This document shows, in pieces, positions 57,959 through 64,000 of a stretch of DNA of 64,000 nt. The stretch lies in the IMG/VR virus record IMGVR_UViG_3300022661_000003; one strand, written 5' to 3'. The position numbers were made by a program, and so were the translations under genes. Source of the stretch: a virus. The stretch's first letter is position 1; each line of letters begins with the position of its first letter. Below the pieces are notes generated by a model. The model made no database searches. It had not been told where the DNA came from and was given only the letters and a program-made list of their open reading frames with translations.

Positions 57959-60900
57959 ACTGAAGATTCAATGTTCCTCTTGGGCCAACACCATTGATTT
58001 TATACAACTGATGACCTGCGGTTGAAGCGTACTTTTTCGGCACAAATTCATCTCCACGACGAATACCTGTTACCATAATCATACTACCTCTATTGAACCA
58101 AGATTTTTCAACTACGTGCTTAACTCCATCTTCTCCTCGTTCAGAAATCTGTTTATCAAACATACTGAAATATTCATTTCTAAACTTAACGGTTACTACA
58201 CCACTAGGAGTTAGAAGAGAAACTGTGCCTTTCGTTTTATTTTTAGCGATACAAGTTCCGCAAATACGATTAAGTCTATAAATCGGAATATCTACTCCGC
58301 CACGTCGGAATGTTTTTTCCACGATTGGCTCTTCAGGAAGCTCAAAGAAATCACTAATACCATACTTTTTAGTATCAATATCTTTCAATTCGTGTTCATG
58401 GCTATAGAAACACAATACTTCCATTTCCCAAGCGGAATAATTTGCATCGCCAGCATATTTTTTCCATTCTTCGGAGAAAATCATTTTATTCATGGCATAC
58501 AATGCTTCTTCTTGATTATCTTTCATCCAAGTTCGCACCGCATCCATTTCTTGCTTATAGACTTTCTCCCACATTTTCTTATTTAGAGCATAAGTGTTAT
58601 TATATACTTCCAAAGGAAGATTATAATGACTGTCAACAAATGCTAATGCTCTTTCATCGAGAATATAATAATCTCCATCAGATTTCAAAGCATTTTTCAG
58701 ATAACGAGTAAATTCATATACCGCTCTCTGATGACTCAAATGCTTCGGCAATAAATCTCTCTGAATAAGACCATTCATATTCTGAAGTGTGATACGTTGT
58801 TTCTTATCGCAAGTCATCCAAAGATATTCTGCCATAATATCTTTTCTCTCGCCAAATGAATCAAATGCTCCACCCTTGATAAGAGATACAACTGCTTGCT
58901 TGCCACATTTTACGCGTCCAAGAAAGTCTCCAAAACTGCTGAAGGGTCGAGACTCAATAATAGATTGTACCACATCGTCGCCGACGTTGAGTAGTCCTTT
59001 GAGTCCGAAAATAATCCGTCCGGTCGCCGCGTCGGGGCGGAAGCCAAAGCTAGATAGGTTGATATCTGCTGGAGTGACTTCGATTCCGGCAGATTTAATG
59101 TCTCCAATTGCTTTTGCAATTTTTCCATAATCAGTAGTTCCTTTCAATTCTGGGTCAACTGCGCCACTATTTACAATCAAACAGGCAGTATTCCAATAAA
59201 TTGGATTGAATTTAGATGCTAATAACAAAGTCTGCATTCCTACAAAAGAATATGGAAGTGAATGGTTCATACTAAAAGCATAGCCTAACTGCGGCGCCAC
59301 GGCGACCTTCCATACATAATCCGCACAAATGAATGGCATTGCTTCATATACTTTTCTCTTGAGTTCTGGAATACGAGACATCTGTTTTTTCGCAACAATC
59401 TTACGAGCATCATTTGCTTCTGCCAATGTAAAATGTGCGATACGTTCATCCATGAGAATTTCCATCATTTGCTCTTGAATTGCGCAACAACCATAATATG
59501 TATCACAATATTGATGCATTGCTTCAATCATCGGCTCAGGAAGTTTTGATTTTTCCATTTCTCTCTGGAAAGTCTCAAGACCATTCGTTTTAATTCTCAT
59601 ATATCTATCTTGCTGAGACTCTTGACCTCTCTCTGTCATAAGTCTCATCATAGCATTCGCCGCAGTCATTTCCAACGGATTACTCGGCTGAAGTCTTTTT
59701 GCTATCGCAAGACCAACACCACTATTGAACTGGAATACATCCAATACAGAACCTTCGGCAAGTTTCTGCCAAATTACTGGATCTTTTGTATCCATTATCT
59801 CAGGATGTAAATAAGTGTTATATGCTTGTCTTAAACTCATGGGTAAGATTACTTTATCTTCCATCATAAGATTCAGACAAATAATTTCCTTATCAGAAAT
59901 TTCAGTTACAAGGAAGTCATACTTCGTATCTCCAGCGGCTTCAGCCATATGAAGGTCATAACAAGTAATTAAATCTCCAGAAGGAGTTCTCATAATTGCC
60001 GCGGTATCAAAAATATTTTCATCATACATAATGACACCAGAAGCATGACATCCACGTTGTTTTACTACACCTTCAAGAGTAAAGATAATATCCAACAAAC
60101 CAGGATATTTATTTACTTCTCGAATGAATGCCGTTACAGGTCTTCGACCTTTCTCTTCACTACCATATACTACTTCATTCATAGACCACAAGAAACCACG
60201 TTCCTGAGGAATGAGAGAAGACATATACTGAGCAGCGTCAACATCAATACCGTCTTTATATTCTTCCTCTTCACCTGTTGGGCCTCTATATCCACGACAA
60301 GCTGTAAGAATAGCAGATTTTGTACCTTCAGTACCAAAAGTCGCAACCTGAATTAAACCAAGCTCTCCACGCTCTTCTCTAATCTTTTCAAAAATCAAAG
60401 GTCGCTTAGAAGGAGCCAAGTCAATATCAATATCAGGCAACTCAGCACGTTCTTTATTTAGAAAACGCCACCACGGCAAATTCCATTTTATAGGATCCAA
60501 CTGAGTAATACCAAGCAAATAATTGGAGAGGAAACCAGTAGCAGAACCGCGGCCAGGACCGACAATACTACCGCAATCCCAAAACAGATCAATATAATGC
60601 TTAAAGGTATTGAAATAAGCAAATAGACAAGTCCCAAGACGATCTCCAATATATCGGATAACGTCTGCTTCAATTTCAAGTCTTTCAATATATTCATCTT
60701 TGACTAATTTCTTATTAAACAGTTCTTTTAAACAACAATCTAACCAATATCGTTCTTGGTCAGTTCCTTGTTTATTAATGTAATCTAAAGTGGGATAATC
60801 TGTTTCAAAATCCCAACCTGTAATTGTAATCGTATGCTTTGGCACTTCAACAACTGGAATTTGTTGAGGTCTTTCTAAAGAATACCATTCAATTTTTTGA

Positions 60901-61775
60901 CGCATATCTTCAGATGCTCTTAAAACTGAATCAATATCTTTAGGCTCAAAAGAATAAGACAATAATTCTCTTACTTCATTTTCATCCATTAAACGAGCAA
61001 ATTCATAGAAGCTATCAATTTCTCGTTCTCCGCCTTTTGAGTTCAAATATGCTTTATGAGCAAAACGAGTTTCTTTACTCAAATAATGAGAGTCTGTGGC
61101 AGGCAAAATTTTGAGTTGAAAATGTATTGCTGTATCCATCAAATACTTATTGATTATAATTTGATCTTCAGTAGTTGATGGAGCACATTCAATATAAAAA
61201 TCATCTTGTCCAAATACTCCAACACAGAAATTGATAAAATTCCAAGCTTCTTGTAAATAAACTTGAGCTTCATCATAATTCTGAGATTCTTTCGCTACAT
61301 GATAAGCAGTTAACTTTTTAGAAAGTTCTCCACCCATACATGCTGTAGTTCCCATTACATGACCTTTATATTTACTCATAATATTCGCCAATTCTGTTTT
61401 TAGAAGTGGCACTCTTTCCATACCTCTATCAAAGTATGAATTATACCATGCAATAGAACTCAACTCACGAAGTGCTTTATGACCGATTGCATCTTTTGCA
61501 ACAAGAATAAAGTGATAATAAGGCTGACCCTTATCTCTGGTATCAGTTAAATAAATTTCATTCCCAAAAGCGATCGTAAAATCAGGATGCTTTTCACGAA
61601 TTTTCTTCGCATACATATTAATTTCCATATGACCGCTCAACGCTTCGTGGTCTGTAATAGCTACGCCAGAAAGACCTAGTTCAATCGCTTTATCAACTAG
61701 GTCTTTCGGTTTTATAATACAGTCGAGAAGTCGTAGATTGCTATAATGAGTGTGATTATGACAATTAAAAAACAT
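57924..61775 (-). CDS. dnaE: DNA polymerase III alpha subunit (DnaE-type, PHP domain N-terminus), 1283 aa, completely TAG-free
   Basis: Intact track ORF. The N-terminus HNHTHYSNLRLLDCIIKPKDLVDKAIELGLSGVAITDHEALSG is a PHP domain. Length and motifs are typical of PolIII alpha. Ends at TAA. Confidence 0.85.
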   Translation of the reverse strand: MFFNCHNHTHYSNLRLLDCIIKPKDLVDKAIELGLSGVAITDHEALSGHMEINMYAKKIREKHPDFTIAFGNEIYLTDTRDKGQPYYHFILVAKDAIGHKALRELSSIAWYNSYFDRGMERVPLLKTELANIMSKYKGHVMGTTACMGGELSKKLTAYHVAKESQNYDEAQVYLQEAWNFINFCVGVFGQDDFYIECAPSTTEDQIIINKYLMDTAIHFQLKILPATDSHYLSKETRFAHKAYLNSKGGEREIDSFYEFARLMDENEVRELLSYSFEPKDIDSVLRASEDMRQKIEWYSLERPQQIPVVEVPKHTITITGWDFETDYPTLDYINKQGTDQERYWLDCCLKELFNKKLVKDEYIERLEIEADVIRYIGDRLGTCLFAYFNTFKHYIDLFWDCGSIVGPGRGSATGFLSNYLLGITQLDPIKWNLPWWRFLNKERAELPDIDIDLAPSKRPLIFEKIREERGELGLIQVATFGTEGTKSAILTACRGYRGPTGEEEEYKDGIDVDAAQYMSSLIPQERGFLWSMNEVVYGSEEKGRRPVTAFIREVNKYPGLLDIIFTLEGVVKQRGCHASGVIMYDENIFDTAAIMRTPSGDLITCYDLHMAEAAGDTKYDFLVTEISDKEIICLNLMMEDKVILPMSLRQAYNTYLHPEIMDTKDPVIWQKLAEGSVLDVFQFNSGVGLAIAKRLQPSNPLEMTAANAMMRLMTERGQESQQDRYMRIKTNGLETFQREMEKSKLPEPMIEAMHQYCDTYYGCCAIQEQMMEILMDERIAHFTLAEANDARKIVAKKQMSRIPELKRKVYEAMPFICADYVWKVAVAPQLGYAFSMNHSLPYSFVGMQTLLLASKFNPIYWNTACLIVNSGAVDPELKGTTDYGKIAKAIGDIKSAGIEVTPADINLSSFGFRPDAATGRIIFGLKGLLNVGDDVVQSIIESRPFSSFGDFLGRVKCGKQAVVSLIKGGAFDSFGERKDIMAEYLWMTCDKKQRITLQNMNGLIQRDLLPKHLSHQRAVYEFTRYLKNALKSDGDYYILDERALAFVDSHYNLPLEVYNNTYALNKKMWEKVYKQEMDAVRTWMKDNQEEALYAMNKMIFSEEWKKYAGDANYSAWEMEVLCFYSHEHELKDIDTKKYGISDFFELPEEPIVEKTFRRGGVDIPIYRLNRICGTCIAKNKTKGTVSLLTPSGVVTVKFRNEYFSMFDKQISERGEDGVKHVVEKSWFNRGSMIMVTGIRRGDEFVPKKYASTAGHQLYKINGVGPRGTLNLQFERAKGEASEE

Positions 61776-61814
61776 CTACTCGTTCCTCTCTTTACATTTC
61801 CTGTATATATTATA

Positions 61815-62627
61815 TCATAAATTTTTAACTTTTTCAAGTTCAAGCGCCGTTTTTATAGCCAAACATTTTTCAATAAGGGCAGGCAATTTATCTAAAGGTA
61901 ATGCTTGCGCTTTATCACAGCAAGCTCCATATGGAGTATTTTGAGTTTCAATCATTAATCCATCTGCACCCACAGCAACGGCAGCCAAAGCAAGAGGTTC
62001 TACATGAGGAGTATAGCCGGCGGCATGTGATGGATCAACAATTACTGGAATCATATTTGCCTCTTGATGAATTTTAGGAATTGCCGCAAGATCAAGAGTA
62101 AATCGTGAAGAATCTGAGAAAGTACGAATACCACGCTCACAACCATATACCATTGCTTTTGGCATATAATTACGAGCAGCGATAAATTCTTCAACAGTAT
62201 TGCCAAATCCTCGTTTGAGAAGGATAAGATTATCACTTTCATTTAATGTGCGCAATAAGCTAAAATTTTGCATATTACGTGAACCAATTTGAAATATTAC
62301 TTCCACTTTTTCCTCTTCACAACGCTCTTTCACATAATGATATTGCTCTTCATCCATAACTTCTACGCAAATACCACTAATAATATTATCATCTGTAGAA
62401 CAGTTATTTACACAGTTTTGATATTCTCTTAACATTTTTTCAAAGCCTAATTTTCCTGCTCCTTGATAAGAGAATGTGCTTGTGCGAGGTTTCCAACAGC
62501 CGCCTCTTAACCAAAATTCTTCATGAGGAAATCGATTTGCAACTTTTTGGATTTCTTCAGTCACATATTTTATATCATTAAAACCTGGGTCTCGTGAAAT
62601 TGCACAAGGGCCAAGAATAAAAATCAT
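61815..62627 (-). CDS. DAHP synthase / KDO8P synthase family (class I-beta) aldolase, 270 aa, TAG-free
   Basis: Intact track ORF. Carries ILGPCAIS... and VIVDPSHAAG motifs of the KdsA/AroG-like family. Confidence 0.65.
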   Translation of the reverse strand: MIFILGPCAISRDPGFNDIKYVTEEIQKVANRFPHEEFWLRGGCWKPRTSTFSYQGAGKLGFEKMLREYQNCVNNCSTDDNIISGICVEVMDEEQYHYVKERCEEEKVEVIFQIGSRNMQNFSLLRTLNESDNLILLKRGFGNTVEEFIAARNYMPKAMVYGCERGIRTFSDSSRFTLDLAAIPKIHQEANMIPVIVDPSHAAGYTPHVEPLALAAVAVGADGLMIETQNTPYGACCDKAQALPLDKLPALIEKCLAIKTALELEKVKNL

Positions 62628-63262
62628 TGTAATGTTGCCTTTCCTGGATTTTCTACTAAAATGTTAAATAATGGACGATATTTTAATGGTACCCAATCAT
62701 AAGAAGAACAAATAAAAATTAAATCATAATGATCATTAGTGTTCAAATCTTTTAAATCAGTTAATGTAATATATTCATGATTCTTAGGAAGCTCATGATA
62801 TAACTACATTTCAGAATTTTTATTACGGACCCATATATATTTATTTACCTAATAGTATTTAGTTAAATAATAAAGCCAATTAGTACAGTCATAAGGTCGT
62901 TCTTTAAATTCTTCTATGTCATTGTGATGATATCCTCGATCATGATGATGATCAATATTTATAATCTCTAAAGAGCCACCAATTTCATGATGAACTTTTT
63001 TTATTGCTGGAACAATTTCATTATGATTTTGACCTATTAGTATATAAGATTTAGGATTATGCTTACAAACTTCCCTTAAGAAAAAATATAAATTAGCATA
63101 TTTTTCATAATCCATTTCAAGGTTACAATTATATTTTAATGCAGGAATTTCTGTTTCTATTATTTTCCAAGTCTCATCAGGTCCAGATTTACTTACGCGA
63201 CTATACTAATTATACGCCTAAATAAAAGGCTCCATAACCCAATCAAAATCTATACTTAATAC
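62624..63262 (-). CDS. Hypothetical protein (~212 aa, 4 TAG) with possible DHH-like phosphoesterase motifs (IDFD, DHHHD)
   Basis: Track ORF 62849..63115 is extended both ways through TAGs. ATGA overlaps occur at both ends (helicase stop, kdsA-like start). Confidence 0.4.
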
Positions 63263-63264
63263 TT

Positions 63265-64000
63265 TCATGGTCGATAATTCCTCACAATAATTAATTTCTT
63301 AGAGGCTCGTGTCGCAGCGGTATATAACCAACGCATATGGTCTTCCTTACTTTCGCCTCTTAAAAATTCTTCCAAGACAATAACTTTATCATACTCACTA
63401 CCTTGTGCTTTATGACAAGTAATAGCATATCCATAATCAAACTGTTTAGGATGATACCATTTAGGGATATTTTTAAAAGTCAATTTATTTACAGTTGCTT
63501 CATTTTCTGTAAAGATTTTATAATCTGCTTCTAATTCAGGGAATGCTCCAGCACCTTCAAAATCAGGTTGAAAAGTAATGATAGGAGTTTTTCTCATAAA
63601 TGGATTTTCATCGGTCCAGTCCAATTCAGTAATTGTTCCACTTAATCCATTTACTAAAGCATCATTAGTATCATTAATACATTCCCATTCGTTATGAAGG
63701 CAAATAACTCGATCGCCAACTACAGGTTCCATATCGTCAATTCCAAGTAAAGTTTGACGAAGATTGGCATTAATAGCACGACGAGTATTATTTTTTCCAA
63801 CCAAAATTTGATCGGCCCAAGCCAAAAAACCATCTTGAAATAATTCATCTCTATCGACAATCCGCACTTCATTACCAGAAAATTTTTCTAAAGCCTTTCC
63901 GGCACGAATATCCATAGTGAGACGAATAATTTCACTTTCTTCCTCTTGTCTCATAATTTCATCTAAGAAAATATGAGGTTTATCCAATACTTCATGTTGT
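63265..64000 (-). CDS. SF1 (Dda/RecD-like) helicase, 3' portion; gene continues beyond the window end
   Basis: The C-terminal YAITCHKAQGSEYDKVIVLEEF and TAATRASKKL motifs are helicase motifs V/VI. The ORF is open to the window edge. Confidence 0.7.
   Translation of the reverse strand, partial: QHEVLDKPHIFLDEIMRQEEESEIIRLTMDIRAGKALEKFSGNEVRIVDRDELFQDGFLAWADQILVGKNNTRRAINANLRQTLLGIDDMEPVVGDRVICLHNEWECINDTNDALVNGLSGTITELDWTDENPFMRKTPIITFQPDFEGAGAFPELEADYKIFTENEATVNKLTFKNIPKWYHPKQFDYGYAITCHKAQGSEYDKVIVLEEFLRGESKEDHMRWLYTAATRASKKLIIVRNYRP

Noticed and set aside
1-64000. CRISPR array, integrase/attachment site, or diversity-generating retroelement associated with the fibre genes.
   Set aside because: No direct-repeat/spacer periodicity, no tyrosine or serine recombinase, and no reverse transcriptase ORF was seen in any frame of the window.

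Overview
This 64 kb window is lytic-phage DNA in which amber (TAG) is read as a sense codon, most likely glutamine (genetic code 15-like).

Evidence for the recoding: almost every short same-strand ORF fragment in the six-frame track lies in the same frame as its neighbours. The fragments are separated only by in-frame TAG codons. Real gene ends are TAA or TGA, usually followed by AGGAGG-type ribosome-binding sites. Joining the fragments gives giant genes, for example <1..6026, 6442..9618, 12457..17028 and 22408..29405. Recoding applies on both strands. The minus-strand RuvC, NrdD and dNMP-kinase genes each contain in-frame TAG. A subset of genes is completely TAG-free: DnaE-type DNA polymerase III alpha, NrdG, dUTPase, a KdsA/DAHP-synthase-like enzyme, the endolysin and the CotH-like core of a fibre.

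Gene content, plus strand (1-51.8 kb): a siphovirus-like tail module with tape-measure-like, Dit-like and Tal-like genes, then a large set of tail fibres and receptor-binding proteins. These carry BspA-type leucine-rich repeats, a CotH-like domain, a Cys-rich 22-aa-repeat protein and four tail-collar (HxH) paralogues. Next come a GT2 glycosyltransferase, an operon with two radical-SAM/SPASM enzymes preceded by two paralogous Tyr/Ser/Asn-rich precursor-like proteins, a lysis cassette (PG-binding plus C39-like endolysin, holins) and small late genes.

Gene content, minus strand (51.9-64 kb), convergent on the plus-strand genes: RuvC, dUTPase, the NrdD/NrdG anaerobic ribonucleotide reductase, dNMP kinase, DnaE, a KdsA/DAHPS-like gene, a hypothetical protein and the 3' part of an SF1 helicase.

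The window is AT-rich and the ribosome-binding sites are strong AGGAGG. That points to a low-GC Gram-positive anaerobic host.

No CRISPR array, tRNA, integrase or reverse transcriptase was recognised. Hand-derived gene boundaries are approximate, to within a few nucleotides.
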